Origin: Bacillota bacterium
GTDB taxonomy: Bacteria > Bacillota > DTU025
Reading direction: 5' to 3'
Assembly: GCA_050951805.1 (NCBI GenBank)
Contig: JBMNJT010000002.1
Location: 704,001 to 768,000, forward strand
DNA length: 64,000 nt
Positions 1 to 7,978 of this stretch are shown here, piece after piece. Under the pieces are notes generated by a model. It made no database searches and had not been told where the DNA came from. It was given only the letters and a program-made list of their open reading frames with translations. Position 1 is the stretch's first letter; each line of letters begins with the position of its first letter. The position numbers and the translations under genes were made by a program.

Positions 1-1
1 T

Positions 2-256
2 CTGGAGATCTCAACCAAGACTCAGGATTTTATCGCCCAGGGATCGGTCTTGATGACCAAGGATAAACAGAAAGCCCAGGCGGAAAAGGCGAATTACGAT
101 AACGCCGGCAAAACTCTGATTTTGCAGGGTTCTGTTGCCATCGAGGACGAGGGGAACAAGACCATAAAATGTGACAGGGCGATCCTCTATACTGATAAGG
201 AACTGGTGGAAGCGGAAGGCAAGCCTGTAGAGATCACCTTTGAGATCGAGGAGTAA
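2..256 (+). CDS. OstA/LptA-family beta-jellyroll protein, 3' part (runs off the window start)
   Basis: Frame is open from nt 2. Repeated motifs AQGSVLM, AEKANYD..GKTLILQGSV and IKCDRAILY are typical of OstA/LptA; it sits near lpxB/lptB. Confidence 0.65.
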   Translation: MEISTKTQDFIAQGSVLMTKDKQKAQAEKANYDNAGKTLILQGSVAIEDEGNKTIKCDRAILYTDKELVEAEGKPVEITFEIEE

Positions 257-393
257 CGCATGTGGCTGGTCGTTGTTCCTGACCAAGATCGATGCTGGGT
301 TTTTTAGGGGACCAAAAAAAGAATGGAAGGCGTGACGCCACTCGTCCCTTTCCATGTGAAGGTGTAGTCAGTAGTCGAGTGAAGATCGGGTAT

Positions 394-431
394 GAAGGAG
401 GGCCGCAAAGCGGCCCTCCTTCCCGCGTTTT
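394..431 (+). terminator. Rho-independent terminator-like hairpin
   Basis: Perfect 13-bp stem GAAGGAGGGCCGC-AAA-GCGGCCCTCCTTC followed by CCGCGTTTT. Confidence 0.65.
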
Positions 432-640
432 CGCCCGGCATATTTGTTGATCAAAGAAGTCCTGGATTGCCCGTACCCAAAGATGTTTACGTGTGAACAT
501 AGCGAAATCGAACCGGGATTGGCTTGTCAGCTGGATAACCTGGGAGGTTGGTGGGACTGCTTTTAGGGAGTGAGGTCTAAAAGTAGAGCCGTGTACGAGG
601 TCGGTACGCACGGTTCTGTGAGAGGGTGATGCTCCCGATT
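429..640 (+). mobile_element. Degenerate ORF-less group II intron remnant
   Basis: Domain V-like hairpin AGAGCCGTGTAC-GAGGTCG-GTACGCACGGTTCT (585-618) with an AGC triad, followed by GTGAGAGGG and a ..CCCGAT end. A 5'-end-like CGCCCGGCAT lies at 432-441. Confidence 0.7.
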
Positions 641-809
641 ATCCCTATCGAGCTCGCCAAAAGCTGCTGTAGAATCCACAGGTTACTGATGAACGCCCCT
701 GAAGCGGGATTCACTGGAGCTTTCAGTGCCCGTAGTTCAGCTGGCTATGTCATTTGCGGCCACATGGAAGACATTACATGGCAAAAGAGAGGTGCAAAGT
801 GGGCACACA

Positions 810-818
810 TGCTATAAT
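810..818 (+). promoter_or_regulatory. Extended -10 promoter element (TGnTATAAT) for the ABC permease operon
   Basis: TGCTATAAT about 28 nt upstream of the ATG at 846. Confidence 0.5.
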
Positions 819-845
819 GTCGAGTGAATGGGGGGGGGTAGCTGC

Positions 846-3257
846 ATGTACGCCCTTGTGCGCGGTGGGTTCATACTGGACGTTGCCGCGGTGCTTCTAG
901 TCACAATCATACTAGGATCGTTTGTAGCGGCAGGAATTGCGTCCGCTGCCGATGATTTCTTTGTTCATACAGTATCAGATGTAGTAGGCGAATACGGCGA
1001 ATACGATCTGATTGTCCACGTGAGGACTGAGTCCAGACGCGAGGCTTTGCGCGCGCTCAGGGCGACACTGCGCGCGAAGCTCCCGGGGGCCCGAGTCAAA
1101 GAGAGCGCCACCGTCTTGTCGGTGTCGAACTTCCTTGTGTCGTTGGCGAAAAAGGACGAGGAATCAGTGACAGCTTTGGTGCAGGGGGTGTCCGGCATTC
1201 CGGGGTTTGCCGGGTATACGTTCTTGCTCGAGCCTAAGGTGACCGTGAGTGGTGTCGGTTCGAAGACAGCGCCGATTGTTCAGGATAAGTTGACGCGGCT
1301 GGATGGAGTGGAGTTTGCTTTGCGCGACGGCGGAGATATTCATCTCATATGTGAGTCGCCGGAGAGTGTGAAATCTGTGGCGCAGGCGGCCGAGGCAATC
1401 CTCGGGCGCTACCAGGTGGTCGATATTAGGTTTGCGCCGAGCGCACTGGCTTCGGAAGGTGCTTTCCGGGGCCGACTTGTGCAACGCGTAGCTGCCGGGT
1501 TGGCAGGCGGGGATGTGAAGGGCCAGGTTGTGCGCGACGTGACGCCGCGGGGACAGGCCGACGAGGCCCAGGTGTTGGCTGGGGCTATGGTGAAGATGAA
1601 AGCATTCCTGGAGGCCTGGGCGCCGCAAGCTTCTATACGACTGGACGAGGGAAAGGTCAACCCTGTGCACACTGGGGCGGATACGGGGTTTTCAGGCCTG
1701 GATACAGGAGATTCTGTTGTCTTGTCTGTGGAGGATAAGCCCGTTGGATCGTTGCCGGCGCCTGAAGATATGGTGGTGTCTGTGACTGATGTCGACGGAG
1801 ATAAGGCTCGCGGAATAATAGTCGATGGGGCAAAAGAGCCCAAAGACCAGTCGTCGCAGGTTCTTTCAGCATATCTGCTGGAAGACGGTGTTGTTTCAGG
1901 CCGTGTGGGAAGCGCTACTACAAGTCGGCCCCAGGAGGACCTGTCCCGTTCACTATCGGAGGCGGAAGAGGCACTGGCACAGTACGATGCAGGGATTGCG
2001 GATGCTATGAGGGCCGCGAAGATTGGAGAGGAAGCTTTGGAATCATACGAGCGGGCCATAGACTCTCTCATTTATCTCCAAAGGGCCTTGGAGAGCATTG
2101 GCGTGGATGGCGAAGCGGACATAATGCCCATCGACGATGAGGCGGTGAGCGCGCTGCTCCATCTGACTGAAGAGGCGTTGGAGGCGATAGAAGCTCTGCG
2201 CTCCACGGCTGACGTTGTTGTAATGTTCTCAGGAAGTTATGACTCGCTCCTTGCCGATCTCGAGCTGTGGCAGGCCAGGCTAAAGTCGTTCGCTCAGAAA
2301 CTGGAGACGATACAGTCGGCTGCAACCGGCGCGGGCCAGGTGGCGGAGATGCTCAGAGATATGTCGTCTGCGGCGTCAGGAATCCTATCTACTTTGCATC
2401 AGCTGGATCCTGCCTCTTTGCGCGAGAACATCGAAGCTGCGAAAGTAAAGCTTGCTCAGATGTCGGAGGTGGATGTGGACGGCATTGCAGAGCAGGTAAG
2501 GGAGGTGAAATCCGCGCTTCCCAAGTTCGATGGGGATGAGATCGTCAGTTCTATCGGGGCCATCAACAAGCTTGTCGGGGATCAACAGGGCTCTTCCGAC
2601 AAGGTTCAACTGCTGATTGAGTCGGGGCTGACTCCTGATAAGCTAGCAACAGCCGTTGAGGAGGTGGCCGGGAAGGATGTGCTGGCAGTTTACACTATAC
2701 CTGCGGGGATAGTTCAACCAGGGGTGCGCAGTGAGGTTCAGAACCTGCTGAGGTCAGTAAAGAGCACCATATCCGGGTTGGCTGCCTGCGGAATCGTTGC
2801 TGTCTCGCTCATGGTGGACCATTCTACTGTGATTGCGGGCGCTATCGGTCTCGAAAGGAGAAGGCAGGGCGTGCTGCGTCCGGGTTTTGAGGAGTATCTT
2901 TACGGGGCTTTGGCGGGAGCGATCAGCCTTTATGCTATTGGCACAATTACCGGGTCAACGCTGGGGTCTGCAGGGGGCCCGCTATTTGCCGCGATCGGAG
3001 GCCTCTTGGGACTTGTGGGCGCCGGAGTTTCGCTCAAAATGTCGCCGGTCGACCTCGATGAGGTCGAGGCCTCTATTGCGTTTGGTATGACGGGAACGCA
3101 GATCATGAGGGAGATAATTATACCCTCCGGAAAGCCCGGGATTCTGTCCTTCATCAACCGGCCTCACGTGGTCTTCGACGGCATTGATCATGTGTCTGCC
3201 GATAGAAAAGATCGTCGGGAAGGAGGTTCAACTAGGTGCTCGCAATGCGCGATGTGA
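846..3257 (+). CDS. Large membrane protein, probable ABC permease (1 TM + ~600-aa extracytoplasmic region with long helical segment + 3 TM + EAA-like motif)
   Basis: N-terminal hydrophobic helix, three C-terminal hydrophobic helices, and EASIAFGMTGTQIMREIIIP matching the EAA coupling loop. Overlaps the downstream ABC ATPase. G-run SD before ATG 846. Confidence 0.7.
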   Translation: MYALVRGGFILDVAAVLLVTIILGSFVAAGIASAADDFFVHTVSDVVGEYGEYDLIVHVRTESRREALRALRATLRAKLPGARVKESATVLSVSNFLVSLAKKDEESVTALVQGVSGIPGFAGYTFLLEPKVTVSGVGSKTAPIVQDKLTRLDGVEFALRDGGDIHLICESPESVKSVAQAAEAILGRYQVVDIRFAPSALASEGAFRGRLVQRVAAGLAGGDVKGQVVRDVTPRGQADEAQVLAGAMVKMKAFLEAWAPQASIRLDEGKVNPVHTGADTGFSGLDTGDSVVLSVEDKPVGSLPAPEDMVVSVTDVDGDKARGIIVDGAKEPKDQSSQVLSAYLLEDGVVSGRVGSATTSRPQEDLSRSLSEAEEALAQYDAGIADAMRAAKIGEEALESYERAIDSLIYLQRALESIGVDGEADIMPIDDEAVSALLHLTEEALEAIEALRSTADVVVMFSGSYDSLLADLELWQARLKSFAQKLETIQSAATGAGQVAEMLRDMSSAASGILSTLHQLDPASLRENIEAAKVKLAQMSEVDVDGIAEQVREVKSALPKFDGDEIVSSIGAINKLVGDQQGSSDKVQLLIESGLTPDKLATAVEEVAGKDVLAVYTIPAGIVQPGVRSEVQNLLRSVKSTISGLAACGIVAVSLMVDHSTVIAGAIGLERRRQGVLRPGFEEYLYGALAGAISLYAIGTITGSTLGSAGGPLFAAIGGLLGLVGAGVSLKMSPVDLDEVEASIAFGMTGTQIMREIIIPSGKPGILSFINRPHVVFDGIDHVSADRKDRREGGSTRCSQCAM

Positions 3258-4000
3258 AAAAGGCGTACGGATCGCGCCAGGCGCTTTCAGGGTTCGATCT
3301 CGACGTACACGAGGGCGAGACTGTAGTTATCATGGGGCCGTCGGGATGCGGCAAGTCTACAGCCCTACGGTGCATTATCAGGCTGACAGAGCCCGACTCC
3401 GGGTCAATACTGTGGCGGGGCCGGTCGGTTTTGGGTATGTCTTCTGATGAGCTGAGATCGTACAGACGCAGGACAGGCTTTGTGTTCCAGCGTTCGAATC
3501 TCGTGTCGCGCCTGAGCGTCCTCGAAAATGCCATGCTGCCCGGTGTAATGGCAGGGGTCTCCATTGATGAGGCTAAACGGCTTGCATACGGCGCTTTGGA
3601 GAAGGTGGGGATTGAGCGTCTGGCGGCAGCATATCCACCGAATCTGTCAGGCGGTGAGATGCAAAGGGCAGCGATAGCTCGCGCCATTGCCCAAGAGCCT
3701 GAACTCCTGCTTTGGGATGAGCCTACGGCCTCGCTCGACCCTATCCTCGTGGTGGACGTGCTCAAGCTGATAGAGTCACTTGCCCGTTCGCTCGGATCCA
3801 CCATGATAATAGTCACTCACGAGGTCCAGTTCGCCCTGCGCGTTGCGGACAAAGTTGTGCTCGTGTCCGATGGAGCGGTCGTGGACGAAGGTAAACCTGA
3901 GGATGTGTTGCTCACGCCGGGCTCGGATTTGGCCCGTCAGTATTCGGAGTCTTTGTCATATTTCGCAGGCCATCGGGAGGAGAAGGAGGTGGGCCTGTAG
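3236..4000 (+). CDS. ABC transporter ATP-binding protein (GlnQ/MetN-like)
   Basis: Walker A GPSGCGKST, signature LSGGEMQR, Walker B LLLWDEPTASLD, H-loop VTHE. Confidence 0.93.
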   Translation: MLAMRDVKKAYGSRQALSGFDLDVHEGETVVIMGPSGCGKSTALRCIIRLTEPDSGSILWRGRSVLGMSSDELRSYRRRTGFVFQRSNLVSRLSVLENAMLPGVMAGVSIDEAKRLAYGALEKVGIERLAAAYPPNLSGGEMQRAAIARAIAQEPELLLWDEPTASLDPILVVDVLKLIESLARSLGSTMIIVTHEVQFALRVADKVVLVSDGAVVDEGKPEDVLLTPGSDLARQYSESLSYFAGHREEKEVGL

Positions 4001-4064
4001 AAACCCGATATGCTCAGTAGACACTTGACGAGCAGCATTTCTGCTGCAAGTGGGGTGGTTAAAT

Positions 4065-5330
4065 TTGGACATAGTGCTGGTCTCCAGCTCTCCAGAGGAA
4101 GTTCATGGGCTTGCGAGGCCCGTCGCTGAAAAGGCTCTGTCAATGCTGCCGGCGGCTGATATATGGATGTTTGTCTCCCCGGGAGGCTATGCCAGTGGAC
4201 GAGAGGCTAAAGTCGCTTCTACCTACCCAGGAGTGAGGAGGGCGGTGTCTGTCCGCGAGTTCCTTGCCTTTCTGGCATTTGGCAAGAGACCATCGGGTTT
4301 TGCCAGTTCGGGATCGGGCATTGTGATTCATTTGGGCGGGAATCTTTGGTGCTCGGTTCTCCTAAGCCGACGATTGCGTTACCCACTTGTTGTATATACA
4401 GACAGGACGGTCTTGGGCGCCAAGACTGTTTCTGCATTTCTTGTAGAGGACGAGAGGATTCAGGCCTCGCTGATTGCGAAAGGTGTCCCCGCCGAGCGCG
4501 TCAGACTTATCGGAAACCTCATGGTGGACGGCGTTCGCGCCGGAATGGACCGTGACCAGGCAAGGGCGTATCTGGGGGTTGCGAACGGCGAGAGGTTAGT
4601 GCTGCTGTTCCCTGGAACTAGGGTTCAGGAGGCTGCGGTAATGGCCCCGTTTCTATTTCGCGCAGTGGAGCTCCTTGCCAGGGTGGAGCGGGACTTGAAA
4701 TTCGTCCTCTGTCTTTCTCCTTTCATCGGCACTGCTTCTTTGGATTCAATCTTCTCCTATTCCAAGCACAGGGGCAAGATAGATGGCTCAAGCGCTATCC
4801 TCCAGAAGAGCGCAGGGCCCCTCGAGGCTGTTACCGCTGGGGGAGTGCATGTACGAATAGAGACTATGAAGCGGTACGAGGCCATGATGGCGGCTGATAT
4901 CGCGATATGCACTCCTGGTCCTATCTGTTCGGAGCTGGCATTCTTGGGTATTCCTTATGTGGCTGCGGTGCCGCTCAATGTGCCTACTGCTGTGCCTTTT
5001 CCCGGTGTTTCCCCATTTCTCTGCTCACTTCCGTTCGTTGGGGAGCTCTTCCGAAAGCGCGCTGTGGAACAGGTGGAGGAATCCGGTAGGTTCCTGTCTG
5101 TCCCTAATGCCAGGGCAGAAAAGCTGGTAGCGCCGGAGGTTGTTGGACACTTGCGCGCGGAGGACGTGGTAATCCCGTGTGTCGAGCTTTTGGGTGACAC
5201 TGCCCGTCGCGACAGAATATCTCGGGAGTTGCGCGAAGCCATGGGAGTGGCGGGAGCTGCGGAGATGGTCGTCAGGACAGCTATCGCGGCGAACAGGGGG
5301 ACGCTTCAGGCTATTGAGAAGGGGCAATAA
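4065..5330 (+). CDS. lpxB: LpxB-like glycosyltransferase (lipid-A-disaccharide synthase related)
   Basis: IGNLMVD, LLFPGTR..E (LLPGSR..E-like), ELAFLGIP, PN....K.VAPE. TTG start at 4065 after GGGGTGG. Next to lptB. Confidence 0.7.
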   Translation: MDIVLVSSSPEEVHGLARPVAEKALSMLPAADIWMFVSPGGYASGREAKVASTYPGVRRAVSVREFLAFLAFGKRPSGFASSGSGIVIHLGGNLWCSVLLSRRLRYPLVVYTDRTVLGAKTVSAFLVEDERIQASLIAKGVPAERVRLIGNLMVDGVRAGMDRDQARAYLGVANGERLVLLFPGTRVQEAAVMAPFLFRAVELLARVERDLKFVLCLSPFIGTASLDSIFSYSKHRGKIDGSSAILQKSAGPLEAVTAGGVHVRIETMKRYEAMMAADIAICTPGPICSELAFLGIPYVAAVPLNVPTAVPFPGVSPFLCSLPFVGELFRKRAVEQVEESGRFLSVPNARAEKLVAPEVVGHLRAEDVVIPCVELLGDTARRDRISRELREAMGVAGAAEMVVRTAIAANRGTLQAIEKGQ

Positions 5331-5616
5331 GAAAGCCTTTCGTAGCGGTCCACCGCTTTTAGTTAGCTGTCCATGTTTTTGGCGAATGCCTTCAGCGGCT
5401 CCTGCAGTGGCTTTCATCTGCATACCAGCAATACCCGTCAAGGATACAACCTTTCTTGTGCAGGTAGAAATGACGTCTGTGTCGAAAAAGACTATCAAGT
5501 GTAGTCGTGCATGTTTTCATGTTTGGGGCCGAATATTGGAACAAGTGGGTGCTTGCTGTCGTCTATAATAGGTGGTGCCTGGCAAGATTGTATTTGCTTA
5601 GATGAGGAGTGAGTTC

Positions 5617-6339
5617 TTGTTGGGTGTGCGGGCCACCGACCTAGTAAAGAGCTTCCAGGGAAGACGAGTGGTAGACGGAGCCAGTTTGGAGCTCGAACGT
5701 GGCGAGGTTGTGGGCCTGTTGGGCCCAAATGGAGCGGGAAAGACCACTACCTTCTATATAATGGTCGGGCTTGAATCGTCTGATTCGGGTTGTGTTACCA
5801 TCGACGGCGTGGATGTTGTGCGAAGACCTGTGTGGCAGCGGGCTCGGTTGGGGTTGGGCTATCTTGCGCAAGAGCCGTCCATATTCCGGAAGCTTACTGT
5901 AGAACAGAACATCATGGCTGTGTTGCAGATTTCCACGGGTAGTTCCGGTGAGCGGACAGAGCGCCTGGAAAGTCTTCTTGAGCAGTTCGATTTAGTCGGT
6001 TTGCGTCGACAGATGGGGTTCACATTGTCAGGCGGAGAGCGCAGGCGAGTGGAGATAGCGCGCGCGCTTGCGGCAGAGCCTCGGTACATATTACTGGACG
6101 AACCCTTCACCGGAGTCGATCCAATAGCCGTAGGAGAGTTGCAGCGCATAGTGGAGAATCTGAAGGAAGCAGGCCTTGGGGTGCTCATTACTGACCACAA
6201 TGTAAGAGATACTCTGGCCATTGTGGATCGGGCCTACATCATGCATGAAGGCCGCACGATTGTGTCAGGGACCGCGCGGGAGGTTTCGGAGGACGCTTTT
6301 GCAAGGCGTTTCTACTTAGGAGAGCGGTTCACCCTCTAA
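5617..6339 (+). CDS. lptB: LPS export ABC transporter ATP-binding protein
   Basis: GLLGPNGAGKTTTFY, RARLGLGYLAQEPSIFRKLTVE, LSGGERRRVEIARAL, ITDHNVRDTL, C-terminal YLGERF. AGGAG SD before TTG 5617. Confidence 0.95.
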   Translation: MLGVRATDLVKSFQGRRVVDGASLELERGEVVGLLGPNGAGKTTTFYIMVGLESSDSGCVTIDGVDVVRRPVWQRARLGLGYLAQEPSIFRKLTVEQNIMAVLQISTGSSGERTERLESLLEQFDLVGLRRQMGFTLSGGERRRVEIARALAAEPRYILLDEPFTGVDPIAVGELQRIVENLKEAGLGVLITDHNVRDTLAIVDRAYIMHEGRTIVSGTAREVSEDAFARRFYLGERFTL

Positions 6340-6367
6340 GCCTTGTTCTTGCCGGGAGGGATACGTG

Positions 6368-7690
6368 ATGGGCGGAGTCGTACTGATAATCGTCCTAACA
6401 ATAGCCGGAGGCGTGATTGCCTATGTTGGCGATCGCATCGGCATGAAGGTGGGCCGAAAACGCCTTTCAATCTTTGGGCTGAGGCCCAAGTACACTTCTA
6501 TGGTGATTACCATCATCACTGGCGTGATCATTGCCGGATGCACTCTTTTGGTTCTTTCTCTGGCTTCTGAGAATGTAAGAATCGCCCTCTTCGAAATCCG
6601 TGAACTCCAGGATTCGCTCGCTACTGCCAACAATGACCTCGAAGCCAAGAGGGCTGAGGTTGATGTCTTATCCGCTCGAGTTAGGGAGGTAGCCGACGAA
6701 TACGATGCTCTGGAATCGAAGTTTGAAGCGGCTAATCGAGAACTGGATCGAGTGTCGCATGAACGGTCGCGGGCTTTGCAGGAGCTTGCCAAAGTAGAGT
6801 CCAAACTGCGTGATTCCGAAAGCCGACTGAAAGAGACCGAGACTAGATACAAGCAAGCAGGCGCAGATCTTGCTCGCGCCAGCGGCGAGCTTGAGAGGGC
6901 GCGCGATGAAATAGCGTCGCTCGAAAGCGAAAAGATGTTGCTGGAGCAGAACGTATCTTCTCTGTCTGCGGCGCAGGCCAGCCTCGAAAAGAGCCTGGAG
7001 CAGATGAAGCTCGACATGACAGCTCAGGCGGCCACAAGCGCCCTCATAATGGCGGAAGCGGAGAAATCGTCGTGGTACGGAGAGGTTGTTTTCCGAGCCA
7101 AAGAGGTGATTCTCGGCGAAGTGGTGGATTGCTCGCGGCCAAGGACAGAGGTGAACAACCAGGTAACGGAGATTCTGCTAAAAGTGAATGCGATAGCCTC
7201 CAAGAGGGGGGCCCGTTCCAGCAGGGATGATGATCCATTTGTCCTTCTGTTCGATGAAGGCAACTACCTTGCTGCCATAAAGGACTTGCATGAGGCTGAA
7301 GGAAAGATGATCTTTAGGGTGCTGTCGTACAAGAATTCCTGGTATGGAGATCCGCTCGTTGTAGAAGTGGAGGTATTTCCCGATGCCAAGATCTACTCAG
7401 CAGGGGATGTTATCGTCTCCAGGACGATTAATGGTGCCGCCGGCGGAGCGGAGGTCCAAAAAGAGCTTTTGGCGCTCATGGAAGACGTCAACGCAGCCTG
7501 CATCGGAAAGGGAATGACCAGCGATGAGGAAGGCCGGATCGGGACCATCATGACAATCTCCGATTTTACTTCTGCGATAGTTGAGATTGTAAAGAGCAAT
7601 GCCAATGTAAAAGTGGAGGCCGTGGCGCGTCGAGACATATGGCGGTCGCACAAGTCTCCCCCAGTTGAACTGGTGATGCAGGGCATTTAG
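6368..7690 (+). CDS. DUF3084-family membrane-anchored coiled-coil protein
   Basis: GGVIAYVGDRIGMKVGRKRLSIFGLRPKYT signature, two TMs and a long coiled coil. Confidence 0.85.
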   Translation: MGGVVLIIVLTIAGGVIAYVGDRIGMKVGRKRLSIFGLRPKYTSMVITIITGVIIAGCTLLVLSLASENVRIALFEIRELQDSLATANNDLEAKRAEVDVLSARVREVADEYDALESKFEAANRELDRVSHERSRALQELAKVESKLRDSESRLKETETRYKQAGADLARASGELERARDEIASLESEKMLLEQNVSSLSAAQASLEKSLEQMKLDMTAQAATSALIMAEAEKSSWYGEVVFRAKEVILGEVVDCSRPRTEVNNQVTEILLKVNAIASKRGARSSRDDDPFVLLFDEGNYLAAIKDLHEAEGKMIFRVLSYKNSWYGDPLVVEVEVFPDAKIYSAGDVIVSRTINGAAGGAEVQKELLALMEDVNAACIGKGMTSDEEGRIGTIMTISDFTSAIVEIVKSNANVKVEAVARRDIWRSHKSPPVELVMQGI

Positions 7691-7733
7691 CCTGTGGGCG
7701 GCTGGTGGAGTATTCAAAAATCTTCTGATTCAT

Positions 7734-7760
7734 GAAGGAGTTGACCAGTGTTTGGAGAAT
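7734..7760 (+). promoter_or_regulatory. Sigma-H-like promoter upstream of the OmpM-like gene
   Basis: GAAGGA-N17-GAAT. Confidence 0.5.
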
Positions 7761-7978
7761 ATGAAATTGCAGGTATACTCTTGGTCATACCTATGTTCTG
7801 ATCGGCCCTAACAACGGCAGGAGAAAGCTGTGGTTGTTTGGCCGTATTGTACGCAAAAGGGCTCGTCCCCGTTTTGGTTGCAGGGCGAGGAAACATGAGC
7901 ACTCGTCCTGGTCACCTCTATCGGCATTGAGTTCTTAGCGTCTAGTTGATCAGGATCAATTTGAGGGGGGAAGGACTA

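Noticed and set aside
626-817. 63-aa ORF upstream of the permease
   Set aside because: Begins inside the intron remnant, overlaps the promoter and has no recognisable features.
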